From the NCBI GenBank assembly GCA_047967505.1, contig CM106538.1: DNA of 64,000 bases; one strand, written 5' to 3'. Below the pieces are notes generated by a model. The model saw only the letters and a list, made by a program, of their open reading frames with translations. It did no database searches and was not told the origin of the DNA. The stretch's first letter is position 1, and each line of letters starts with the position of its first letter. The position numbers and the translations under genes are program-made. Shown piece by piece: positions 40,001 through 52,822 of the stretch. This DNA is from Dipteris shenzhenensis (lineage: Eukaryota).

Positions 40001-42955
40001 TAAGAAAGACAAGTATGCCTATCATCTGATCAAGCAGAATGTGCAAGATGTCATGCTAGGACAACTCAACAAATTCAAGACATCAAAAGAAGCATGGGAT
40101 ATGTTTGCAGCTCTCTACGAGTCCAAGAACACATCCAAGATTCTCACCTTGGGAAACCAAATAAACTAGAGTTTCTGCAACAGCACTGAAACTGGTCATG
40201 CTTATGTACTCTGCATAAAAGACTACAACAATCAACTTGTAGCAACAAGAGAGACTATGAACCCCACAGAAATGGTTCAAGTCATTTTGGATGGACTAGG
40301 AGAGGGATGCGAGAATCTAGTCCAGAGTATTGCCATCCAATGGAAAATTCTGACACTGGAAGAACTTCAGTCAGTTCTGCTTGGTGAAGAACTCAGGACT
40401 CAGGCAATTCAAGCATGTAAAGTCATTCTAATGATTAGGCATTCACAACTTCAGACAAAAGCAGAGGCAAAGGCAGAAGTAGAGGCAGAGGCAGAGGTAG
40501 ATCATATTAGAAAAGTGGTCATCATCAGTAACAAAATCAAAGACAGCATCAACATGAGCATCAACATCAGCATCATCCTCAACAACATTAGAATCAGCAA
40601 AGAGGAAATCGAGGAAGATTTCAAGGATGAGGGAATGCATCCACCAACATGTTAAACATCCAGTGCAACTACTGTCACAAGTTTGGACACTATGAAAGAG
40701 ATTGGTGCAAGAAGCAGTACGACCAAGGCGGTCAATCCAGCAGTAATCGAGGGAATTCCCAAGGCAGAGGAAATCATCGTGGTGGACATTCTAGTCATAG
40801 TCATTTTGCAAATGAACATGGAAATATGTTTCTTGCAAGCAAGGAAATGCATTAAACTGATACAGTGTACCCAGTGTACCCAGACACTGATTTCAATCCC
40901 AAAGAGGATTTCAGCTATTAAGTTGACCAAGTGGAATAGGATCCCTGGTACATTGACAGCGGTGTATCATCTCACATGACAAATCATCAAGAATGGTTCA
41001 CAAAAATGAAGCCATTACAAGGACAGAAGAATGTCATCTACACAACAAGCAATACACTGAATCCAGTTCAAGGGACAGGTGTTATCCCTATGAACAATTT
41101 CACTGGTATGAAAGGATTAGTGAAACATGTGCTCTATGTTCCAAAGCTCAACAAGAACCTTTTGTCAGTAGGTCAAATGATGGAACACAATTACAAAGTC
41201 ATTTTCGACGATGATGAAAGCACTATCAGAGATAAATCCAAAAGATGTCAGCTAATAGCAAAAGGTGTCAAGGAAGCATGCTTATATAGAATGCTAGCTA
41301 TAATACCAAATAAGCATGCCATGTCAGCTCAACCGCAACAGATGCCACTATCTACAAAATGGCACAAGAGATATGGTCATGTCAACTTCAAGTACTTGTT
41401 AGATCTTAGGAATCAGAATATGGCGATTGGGATTCCGAAGCTACAGTTTCTTGGAAAAGTTTGTGAAGCATGTTGCTTCGGCAAATAAAAGTGAACCAAC
41501 TTTATTAGAAGTACCTCTCGTGCATGAGGTATTCTTGATTTGATACATACAGATGTATGGGGTTATGCCCAGACCTACAACATCAATGGTTCACTTTACT
41601 ACTTGACTTTCTACAACAAATATTGTTGGGTCTACTTTTTGAAAGAGAAATCTGAAATGTTTTCTAGATTTTAAGAATTCAAAGCCATCATAGCAAACCA
41701 GATAGGCAGAAAGATCAAGGTCATGAGATCAGATAGAGGAGATCAATACATGTCTTCAGCATTCATGAACTTTTGCAAAAATCATGGCATTTGAAGACAA
41801 TTCACATGTGTAGATACTCCTCAGTAGAATGCAAGAGCTGAAAGGAAGAATGGGACTTTAGTAGATAGTGCTAGAGCAATGCTTAGTGAAAAGCATCTTT
41901 CAAATCAGTATTGGGTAGAAGCAATAGCTATAGCAAACTATTTGCTTAATCGGCTTCCTACCAAACCAATACGTTCACTGGACACAAGCCACACATTGGG
42001 CATCTCCGCATATTTGATTGCATAGCATATGCCCACATACATGATGATCATCGCAGGAAATTGGATGCGAAGTCACGCAAATGCATCATGGTTGGCTACA
42101 GTGAAGAAAGCAAAGCATACAAATTGTATGATCCCATCAACCGTAAGGTCATTATCTCTAGAGATGTAATCTTTGATGAGGAATCAGAATGGAAAACCTC
42201 ATCTACAGAACAAGTTGATGAAGAAGAGCAAGAATTGCTAGCAACACCCCAAGCAGAGCCACAACAGCTCAGACGGTCTACTAGGGAAAGCAAACCTCCA
42301 GCTAGATTGACATATGCTCATAAAGGCAAAGCAATTCAGGTGGAAACCACCAATTATGCTTTATGACTACCATCATGGCTATAGAAGAGACAGTGTACTT
42401 CGAAGACGCATTAGACAAGCCAGAATGCAAACTACTATGAATGAAGAAATGGATGCTTTGTATAAGAATAATACTTGGGAATCATGCGACCTTCCACCAG
42501 GAAAGAAGGCCATAGCAAACAAATGGGTATACAAAGTGAAGTACAATCCAGATGGAAGTATTTAGAGATACAAAGCCAGACTAGTTGCAAAAGGATTTCA
42601 CGGCAATATGGTCAAGATTATGATGAGACTTATGCTCGAGTAGCAAAGATGGATTCCATACAGTTCTTGATATCATTAGCGACACTCAAAGATGGAATGT
42701 GTATCAACTTGATGTCAAGAATGCATTTCTCAAATGGTTATTTAGACGAGGAAGTCTACATGCAACAACCAGCATGCTATGGTGAACGAAGAAAGGAGAA
42801 TAAGGTTTGCCATCTCAAGAAAAGTCTCTACAGCTTAAAGCAAGCACCCGGAAGTTGGTACAATAGAATTGATAAGTATTTTGCTAATCTGGGATACATA
42901 AAATCCAATGCAGATCATACTCTCTACTACAAAGTTCAAGGGGAAGATATATATT
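37031..42955 (+). mobile_element. Ty1/copia LTR retrotransposon, 3'-truncated (5' LTR ends 37416, PBS 37417-37428, gag from 39729)
   Basis: ...gtCA TGGTATCAGAGC. KLDNSNYSTLKYRMETIL (copia gag), QCNYCHKFGHYERDW (degenerate knuckle), WYIDSGVSSHM (PR), WHKRYGHVNF...CEACCFGK (INT zinc finger), DAKSRKCIMVGYS, and KWVYKVK...LKKSLYSLKQAP (RT). Domain order is PR-INT-RT. The LTR start is uncertain. Confidence 0.9.
39729..42955 (+). pseudogene. Copia gag-pol polyprotein with many stops and frameshifts, truncated within RT
   Basis: ORF fragments 39729-40169, 40649-40855, 40976-41488, 42061-42366 and 42475-42957. Confidence 0.9.
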
Positions 42956-45640
42956 GAGACAATTGCAAAGCATATACAATTTCTAGATTTTCTCAAAATC
43001 GGCTAGAGGGTGGCAAAATGCGACGATAAAGGGGAAGGTGTAATTTAAATTTAAAATTTCACTCCAATAGAAAAGATAAATTCTGTACACATCGGTTTTC
43101 TTTGTTGGCACATTATATGTCAAAGATTCTCTAGATGGGTGTGCTTCCACATATGAGAGCGAATCACCCTCATCCTCCTCAATACCATCACCCCTTGGGT
43201 TCTAGCATCGGCCACCTCCATTGAGGAAGTGGCATCCTTCTCTGACTTTGCACTCATACCCCCTACACTCTGTAGTCCCTCACTATCCTCTCTGCATTGC
43301 TTCACTGGGCCATCTCGGCCTTGCTCTCCCTTTCACTCGGTGGCATGCATGGACTCATCCCTCTGCACTCATGCATGTAGCTTCTATGTAGTTGGTATGA
43401 AAGCTTTGAGATTAGTCCAATGTCATCTCACAAAGCACGTCATAAATATTTGTATCTATGTTTTTGGTAAATGGTAAAGAATTTCCATATGTACAATCGC
43501 AAATTTTTTTAGCAGTCAGTTATGGTCTAGAAGTAGATTTATGAGTGATGGCTCAACATCTTTGACCCTCCTTTTGCTCCTACTGTGTATAGAAGTTGCA
43601 TTGGCACTTTAGGTGGTCACTATGTAAAAGTACATACAACACATGAAAGTAATATGTGCAAGCAAGCACATATATACAATACCTCTATATTTAAAACTTA
43701 CATGCTTTTACATATTTGTTGGGCCCCATTCTATAAGCTACATGTTTTAGTGTTGAATTAATATCTCCTCTCGACATTCACATGAAATAATTATATATAT
43801 GTTAAGTGTTTTTTATATCCCGTATAAGAATCAGTCATTAAATTTAAAATATCACGTCCTTTGCTCAAACATGCCATGTTACATGTCCAAAGAGTGACCT
43901 CTAAGATCATTGTGGTAGATCATTTAGTTTACAAATACAAGACCAAAATTAGTACTGGAGTGAGTGCACTAAGTAACTTTTGTTTTGCAGGAATGGTATA
44001 GATGCCATTCACATTCTTTTTGTAATAGTTGATTTAAACTTACTAGAGATGTGGGTGATCTTGAGACCCCTAAAGATTATGTCTTACATTTGGTTCTAGT
44101 AATGTGCCATGGACAAGTAAGAAGCAACCCACAAATTTATTATCTTCTAATGATGCAAAATACAAATTTGGAGTTAGTAAAGCAATATATATGCATCTGA
44201 CAAATATGCAACGTGAGCATGCATAATATACAATTATATGGTGTTAGTAGAGCAATATATATGTTGACAAATATGCAACATGAGCATGCATAATATACAA
44301 TTATATAGTGTGACAATCAAAGTCTAATTGCAATTGCAAAGAGTCAAACTTTATAGGAATATCCAAACACAATAAAGTGCATTATCATCGGATCCATGAT
44401 TACATTTAAGGAAGATAAATAAGGATTGATAGTAGATAAAAATGATGTGGATTTCTTAACAATCTTTGCTTAGAAAACTTTTTTTTTTGGTTTTACAATA
44501 CATTCAAGGAGGATCGATTAGACTTGACTATATATTGATAGATAAAAATGATGTGCATTTCTTCATAATCTTTTCTTAATTTCCTTTTGTGTTATAAACA
44601 TTTGGACTTAGTACCATCTAGTTCGCTAAGGAGGGATAAGATTTGGTATTGAGATTTCTTCACTCCTCTTAAACATTTTCCTTTGCACCTTCATATTCAT
44701 ATATAGATTGAGCTCGATAGAACTTGTCATAATTAGAGATAATCGCATTGAGTTTCACATTAGGTGCTTGATCACTAACCATGTGAAATGCCATCCATTG
44801 GTCAAGCTTATTGGTGAGGATTCATCAAATGCCATGTATACCACTAATTAAAGGTAAAATAAGTAAAGGATTTGATATTGAGTAGATCAATGGTAGTGGT
44901 TGATAAAGAGGAATGGAGAATTAGTGAGGTTTGGAGCACTAGATTAGGGATAACTTGGTGGAAGGGAAGACATAGGAATATTTGGAAAATAGTATACAAT
45001 TTGGCTTTCATTTAGGGGAAGACTAAGGAAGTAGTTAAAATGGACACTAGATGCCATTTTTGTGAAGTAATAAAGGAGACTGTTATGGAGTTGCCAAAAG
45101 AAGATAATGATTTGGAGATGGGAATACATTTCATCCCATCTCTCTTTGGGTAATCTTAGGGATGCTAAAGGGTTTATTTCTTTAGTAAAGGTTCTAGAGA
45201 GGTGGAATATGGAGAATAGTAAAATTTAAATCTTTTGGAATGTTAGGCGTTTAGATGTAGATGGTGGCAAAATGTGGCATTAGTATTCAAAGACAAAAGT
45301 TTTGTACTTATCTAGGATAGGTTGATAAATTTGCTACATGAAGAAATCACTAGCTATTTTGGGAAGGATAATTTATGATAGATTATCTAAAGTTATAACA
45401 ATGATCAATAATTGGAACCCAAAAGGTTCAAACAAGTAACCATTTTAAAGGGGACACAAGTAAAACTATTTAGCCCTTAACTATATGATGATGAAAATTT
45501 AAAATCATGAGAGGAGTGGTCAAGCAGATACTTTTCAATAAATGCACAAAGAGGAATGGATACTTCCTAGAATGGGAAAGGAACACTTCAACAAAAGGGA
45601 TAGTCCCGTGAGATTCAAGCCATTACGTAAAATAAGCAAG

Positions 45641-45673
<33 letters not shown>

Positions 45674-46011
45674 AAGCTAGCCTTTGCTGAAAAAGAAGTG
45701 GTTTTACAATTTGAGTTCATGTCATAACATATTTCAAGGCATTGAATTGAGCCGTTTTAAAAGGTGAAAGTGGCTATATCATTTGGGCTATATCACTCAA
45801 TACACATGGCTATATCATTCACTCAATACACATGGCTATATCATTCGGGCTCACGTTGAATGAAGACAAATGATGAAGAAATCTAAGCTCTAGAGTTGGG
45901 GCATATATTCACACCAACTACCATAAAAGTGAAGAATCTATATGATAAACATTGTGTTTTGTATATCTATATCTTATCTATCTATCTATCTAATAGATTG
46001 AATATCTATTT

Positions 46012-46031
46012 TCTCTCTCTCTCTCTCTCAT

Positions 46032-46106
<75 letters not shown>

Positions 46107-46679
46107 TTCAACGTCCAACAAATGTGAAAAGTTTTTGGAGGTTGTCTAGCCGCCGCTGATCCATGAACTCTTCTGTTTCCCGGCGGATTTTCCAATAAAA
46201 AGCCTGTCGAGATGGCGAAGAAACAGCTGGATTGGACCCATGAAGGTTCCTGCTTTTTGTACGAGTCTGGCGATTTGCTGCTGTAGCCTGTTGGCAAAGC
46301 AGAAGCTTTGCGAATTGAAAGCGCAAAACATCAGGGTAGAAGGAAAGCAATGTGTGGGTCGTAACTGCTGGCGAGTTTGTGCAAGGGGACTGACAGCTCA
46401 CGAGAATGTCTTTTGGGGCCTGCCGTTGCAACCTGGGGAAGACCAAAATCCAACGTTTGATCGCAAGCAGGGAGAAGGTGTCGAAGGCATGGCATGGCGA
46501 AGCGACAGTTCAATGAGTCTGCAGGACGGCGAGCTTTCTCTCTTTCTTTCTTCTCTCTCTCTCTCTCTCTCTCTCTCCACACACAGAGTTATGTTTGCGT
46601 GTCTTGTATCCATATATCTACTATATACTCAACCATCATAACACATAGTGCTAGTCCTCATCTTCTCTCTCCCCGCCCC

Positions 46680-46718
<39 letters not shown>

Positions 46719-46950
46719 TGCCACCCAAATTCCCAATATCTTTGCATTAGTGCCAAATTTTTTTGTATGGGTTCAATCCTTGTGTCGTACTTCCTCTCTT
46801 GATTGTTGTCTCTGTGATAGGACCTGAAAAGTTATTATTCTTTTCCTTTTCCTCTCTCTCTCTCTCTCTCTCTTGCTCTCTCTCTCTCTCTACACATACA
46901 CACACACACACACATCTGGGTATCTCTATCGCTCTAATTTCTACCCTCCA

Positions 46951-47003
<53 letters not shown>

Positions 47004-47062
47004 ACACACACACACCCACCCACCCACCCACCCACCCACCCACCCACACACACACGCACACA
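46012..47062. repeat. Microsatellite cluster: (CT)n, (TA)n, (CA)n and (CCCA)n flanking a unique ~430 bp core
   Basis: Direct inspection. Confidence 0.9.
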
Positions 47063-47385
47063 TCAATCTATATAGTGCCAATTCACATCTTTTCCAAAAA
47101 TCACACATACTTGGTGAGTTGTACTTGTATGTACTTTAAAAATCCATACCATAGGAGTGATAGCACCCCACACTTTAGTTAGGCTTACCCTTGCATTTGG
47201 TGCCTATCCTTATGCTATATAGTGGTGAGTTATTTACAGGGTGAGTAATACAAATCATTCCTTTGATATTTGTAGCTCTGAAACCAAAAAACTCATCATG
47301 ATTATCTCAAGAGATTCACAATGTTCATTATACATGTTGTAAGAATACTATTATGAAGATCTTAAGCCATGAATGGAAATCTCAA

Positions 47386-47416
<31 letters not shown>

Positions 47417-49489
47417 TTAATGTAGAGGAAGTTTCGCAAAGAGCAGTCTCAATTTTTCAGAATGAAAGCCTATTCTTGAAAAAGCATAAAAATTTAAGTC
47501 ATGTATGCTTGAAGGAATACGTAGGTAATTCATTTCTCTCTTCAAAGTCCACCATAAATAATTACGTGATTAACAAAATTGTTAAGAACATGGGAAATAG
47601 GGCATGGTTGCCTAAAAAAATGCCCACACCACTCTTTTGTACCTTGATCATTATAAATCCTCACTCTTGTTAGGTTAATTGTAATACCGAGATCATTGGT
47701 ATAGATTATGGGAAGAGGGAGCTTGATCGTTGTTATTAAGCAAGATTTTTAAGGATTGGACTTTTTGGGAAAGGTATACCATCAAAGAATAAATGATGAG
47801 CTTAGGGGTATTCCTAGGCATAGGCATTGATAAAGAAGTAAAAAAGAAGATCCAAAGAGGGTCTATAGGTTAAGGTCCTCATTAGGGCACATGTGGTTGG
47901 AGGGTAGTCCACAATTGCAACCAAAATTTGGAGACCACCTCCTAGGGAACTTGTCGCTCTATCCAATGTCACTCTCTTACTCCTCTCTCAAAGAAATCTA
48001 GGTGGTTGCCTCCAACTATAGATGATGGCTAATGTGTGTCGTGTACAAAAATAAAGGTATCTCAACACGCTTATTTGAGTGCCCTCGTCTAGAAGGCCAA
48101 AAGCACTCACTCAGATCCCAGCATACCTCATGAAGGGGGCACCCCTCCCACAACCAAAAGAGGCCACCGCAATGTGTCCTATTCCAAGGTGACTAGTATT
48201 GGGTTGGTGGTCCAGCCCTTGCCTAGATGGCCCACTACTTTGAACCATTGACACTCGAGAAAATCCATGACTCCATCCAACTTGGGTCCACATGTGTCTC
48301 TAGCTGAAGAAGACTCCCCCGGCCATAGTTTGTAATGCATGGTGCATGTCTATAGGGGAACCCCTATCCTAGAAAACTTCCCATTACATTGTTGGGAAGC
48401 TGAGGGTCTAAGAGAAACAACCCTCCAAGAGATAGGGATGGTGATGTCTATCTCTACCATCCATGTGCTATTAACTAGAAAAGAATTCAAGACAAGAGGC
48501 TAGATACTAAGAATGGCGACGCTCAAGGGCCATGGAGGAAAAGGGAACATGAGGGAAGAAGCATTAACATAGGTGGGGAAAAGGGATTAAGAGGGGTGGG
48601 AATGAAGAGAGGGACTATGCCACAAGGGGGAAGGGAGAGGGGGAAGAGGAGCATGCACATGATGGGACGAGGAATGTAGAGATGGAGACATCAAGGGAGA
48701 AAGGTCATGCTTTATTTGAAAGGAAGGATGGGGGGAAGAAATCAAAGTACTAGCTAGGTGGCTTTACAAGAATGAGCGTGTTCCATCAAGGAATAGCCCC
48801 CTCCTTTTATAGCCAAGAGAGGGGGTCTCTTCCAATAAATGCATCCTCCCACATGCATGTGGTGTGTGGAAAAGTCTCCCATGTGGGCTAGGTAGTTACG
48901 CACTCTCAATTGTGTGCAACAACCCTTGGCCTCATTTTTCCACATATACCAACCCCCATATCCCAAGTCTAAGATACTCCCCTGGTCTTTTCCCAATTCT
49001 ATAATACATTCAATCATCTAGGAGGACAAGTGGAGGGTTGGCACAAGGAATCTTGCCACCTCATCCTACTTTTCCCATTATTTAACTTGCATTCTTGGAC
49101 TATCTACACCCCCCGCACATGGGCCTATCCTACATGGAGGGAATAATCCAATACAATATCCATCTCCACCTATTTTATATTACTTCTCCGATGGTGGTCC
49201 TTGGTCCATGTCTCACTAAATGCAGGCATGGGACTACCTAGGTGGAGGGGTGGCACATGGAGGAACCATGCCACCTTAACATTTTATAACATAACTACCA
49301 TGGATTATGTACAACACACCTTATGGGCCCTCTTACGTGGAAGGGTGGCACATGGTAATGCCCTGCCACCTCAACCCTGGGCCCTTTGCACACCATATTT
49401 TATTATACTTTTGCCACACATACAAGCACACACATATATTTATGCCTTTTACCTTGGTCAAATTTATCCATAACAGTCCCCCCCCCCCC

Positions 49490-52400
49490 CTCGGCAGGGA
49501 ATGCACATCATTTGCATGCTTGGGACCATCACGCACAAAGAAGGGCTTGAGGTAATGCTTGTTGATCACCTTCTTGCCATATGGCTCATGCAGCTCCTGT
49601 ACTTGTACAGACCCATTGCTACGTTCCTTGATGACTGTGTATGGACCAGTCCACAGTGGAAAGAACTTTTTATCCATCTAGTGGTCCAATCTATTATCAA
49701 AGCATAGCACAACATCCCCCTCAACAAAGTGTCTTTCCCATCCCTTGCGAATCTTAGCATCCATGTAAGCCTTTTGTCGGTTCTTTTGGATCTCTGTTTG
49801 ATGGAGTGCAAGGCATCGGGTTTCATCTAGCTTCTCAAGTTGTACCAACCTGGCCTCTACATTTTTCATCTTTTGTCATCCTCTGTTCTCGTGCCAATCT
49901 CAAGGCCGGAATCTCTATCTCTAGTGGTAAAACTGCCTCAGTACTGTACACCAACTCAAAAGGAGTGTGACCTGTAGACGTTTTATGGGTGATGTTGTAA
50001 GCCCACACGGCTTCGGTGACCTTCTGATCCCACTGGCTCCTGTTCCCTGTGGGCATTTTCCCCATGGTTTTACAAAGGAGGCCGTTGGTGTGCTCCGTTT
50101 GTCCCATGGATGCTGGATGATAGATGCTAGAAGTGCGGTGATCAATACCCATGCGATCCATGAGCAACTCCACTACTTCATTTAAGAATGGACTCCCATA
50201 GTCAGATACTATTTCCATGGGTGTCCCAAACCTTGTGCAGATACATTCAAATATGAAATTTGAAATTGCAGCAGGGAGGGCGATAACTTCAGCCCACTTA
50301 GTGACATACTAAGTGGCTACCAAAAGATACTTCTTTTTGTGGGCAGTCACGGGCAGGGGCCCAACAAAATCTATTCCCCACTTTTGAAACGAATGGATAG
50401 ACATCATAGGGTGATGTTGCCCAGGACATAAATCCTTCCTACCAAAGAATGGGCATGGTTCACAAGTTTTGCAATACATAGTGACATCCTTGAAGAAGGT
50501 CGGCCAGTAGTACCCAGCATGTAAAATCTTCTTAGCTGTATAGTCACTAGCATAATGGCCTCCACAAAATCCATCATGATAATGCTTCAATACCTTAGGT
50601 ACTTCATCTGCACCAATGGCCTGTCTTAGTACCCCATCCAAGCCTTGACGGTATAACACCCCATCAAAGAGAGTGTAGCGCCTACTATCTTTGTGGATCT
50701 TCTTTCTCTAATAGCTAGTACTTTCTGGAGGAAAGGAGAAAGCAGTCAAAAATCTATAGATACCACCATACCATGGATCCCTAACTTCTAAACTTCTATG
50801 GCCGCTACAAGGGTTACATTGAGGCACTCCTCTAAATCAATCAAAGCATTCTTCAAGTTGGAACAACGCCCTTTTACAATTTTGAAAGAAAAATCATATT
50901 CTTGTAAAACTGCCAACCATTTGGCCAATTGGCCCATGGCATTTGGTGATTGAAGAACCTGCTTTGCAAGACCATTGCTGCAAATTATGATGACGGACTT
51001 TCCAGCCACATAATGCTTAAATTTCTCAATGCAGAATACCAAAGACAAAGCGTGCTTGTCAGCCTTAGAGTGGCATCGTTCAGTTTCGAGCAATTATCGA
51101 GAAGCAAATCGAACGGGATACATGAATCGATCCTGCCCTTGCTGGAGAAGAATACCTGCCAGAGTATGCTCACCAAACCCAGGATTGATATAGAAAGTCT
51201 TTGACCAATCAGGATTGTGTATAATGGGTTCTGAAGCCAGAGCACTCTTGATTTGTACAAACCCATGATCGCAATCCTCATCCCAAGAGAAATCAACTCC
51301 ATCTTTTAATAGCATAGTCATGGGTCACGTCAAAGCAGCATATTGATTAATGAAGCGGTGATAGTATCTTGCTAGATTGACAAATGAGCGTACTTGATGT
51401 TTGGTTGTTGGTGGGGAGAGCTTGAGGATAGCTTCTACCTTCTCGGGGTCAGGCTTGACGCCCTCGGATGAGACACTATGTCCCAATAACCTCCCTTGAG
51501 TTGCTCCAATGGTGCATTTATCAGGGTTGAGGCTACCATTTGCATCACTGACCCTTTGGAAGGCCAACCTAACCTTCATGATGTGCTCCTTACGTGCCGA
51601 GAATATACAGAAATCATCTAAAAACACCTCCAAGAAAACCCCCAAATATGGAGCAAACACCATCTGCATAAATCTTTGAAAGGTAACAGGAGCATTGGTG
51701 AGGCCAAATGGCATTACTTTGAATGGAAACGTCCCCCAAGGTATGGCAAATGTGGTTTTAAGCACATCCTCCTCAACAATTCTAATTTGATAAAACTCGG
51801 AGTAACCATCACAGAAAGTATACATCTCATGACCACTTACCTTCTCGAGAATGAGGCCTTGAAATGGCAGAGGATGATGGTCCCTCTTGGTGGCTGCATT
51901 GAGTTTCTTATAATCGATGTAGACCTGCCAGTTGTTGTTTTTCTTTGGGGTGACTACCACTGGTGAAACCCATTCAGTATTGTGAACCAGAACAATAAAC
52001 CCAGCTTCTACAGGCTTTTGCAACTCTGAGCACAAAGCGTTGGTCTGTAGGGGCCCTAATCTTCGATAGTTTTGAGCCACTGGCTTAGCATCAGGCTTGG
52101 CTTCAGCTCTATCTTGTGTTCTATGGCAGTCACATGGTGAAGGTGGTGGTAGCTAGTTGCGAAGAGGTCAGGGAAATCTTTGAACATTTCTAGGAACTCA
52201 TCTTTCTCACTCGGAGTGAGATCAGGGGAAAGCATAGATTCAAGCTATTGAGGACTAGCTGTTACCTTTTCTGCAGGTAGCGGGGTCAAAGACACCCCCA
52301 TCATGTAAACTTCCTCCTCTGAGAACTCCTCCCCCCGGTCTGATTCTTCCTTTGATTCAGACACCGAGGATGAGAGAGTATCACTGTCTTGCTCTTCTTC

Positions 52401-52822
52401 TTCTGGTTCCGTGGCACCGGGTTGCACCGGGATCTTATCCTTAGAAGCACCAAAAGACATGTGTCCTGTCTTCTAATAGCTGACTGCATCACTCTTTCTC
52501 AACCATGGTCTCCCGAGTATGGCTGGGTAACTCTTGCCTGTATCTACGATGTCCACTACATAGAAATTGACGGTGGTGGTTAACCCATTGACAGTGATGG
52601 GCAAATCCTCAATGACTCCTAGGGTGGCAAGTCGTTGACCATCTGCTACCTTGATTCGAGTGGAGGAACGCCTTGTGCATTTCAAATTCAATTTCTTCAT
52701 GATAGGGCCACCATGATATTACATGCAGCTCCCCCATTGACACACACACTTTTGACACGACAATTATTTATGATGACATCTACTGTATGTGGGTGCCGAT
52801 CAATTTCTTTCGAGATAGAAGA
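49490..52822 (-). pseudogene. pol (PR-RT-degenerate RH-INT) of the 48468-60322 element
   Basis: Mostly collinear ORF pieces broken by stop codons (52473-52700, 51325-52080, 51094-51321, 50788-51093, 50309-50659, 49835-50218). Confidence 0.92.

Noticed and set aside
43120-43477. Short ORFs after the copia truncation
   Set aside because: No recognisable domain or splice structure.
44170-44312. ~70 bp tandem duplication
   Set aside because: Ordinary local duplication in AT-rich intergenic DNA.
45741-45760. Partial miR171-like string (ttgagccg)
   Set aside because: Only a short seed-length match and no convincing precursor hairpin.
45896-47182. ORFs rich in SL/ER/YI/HT dipeptides
   Set aside because: Translations of microsatellites.
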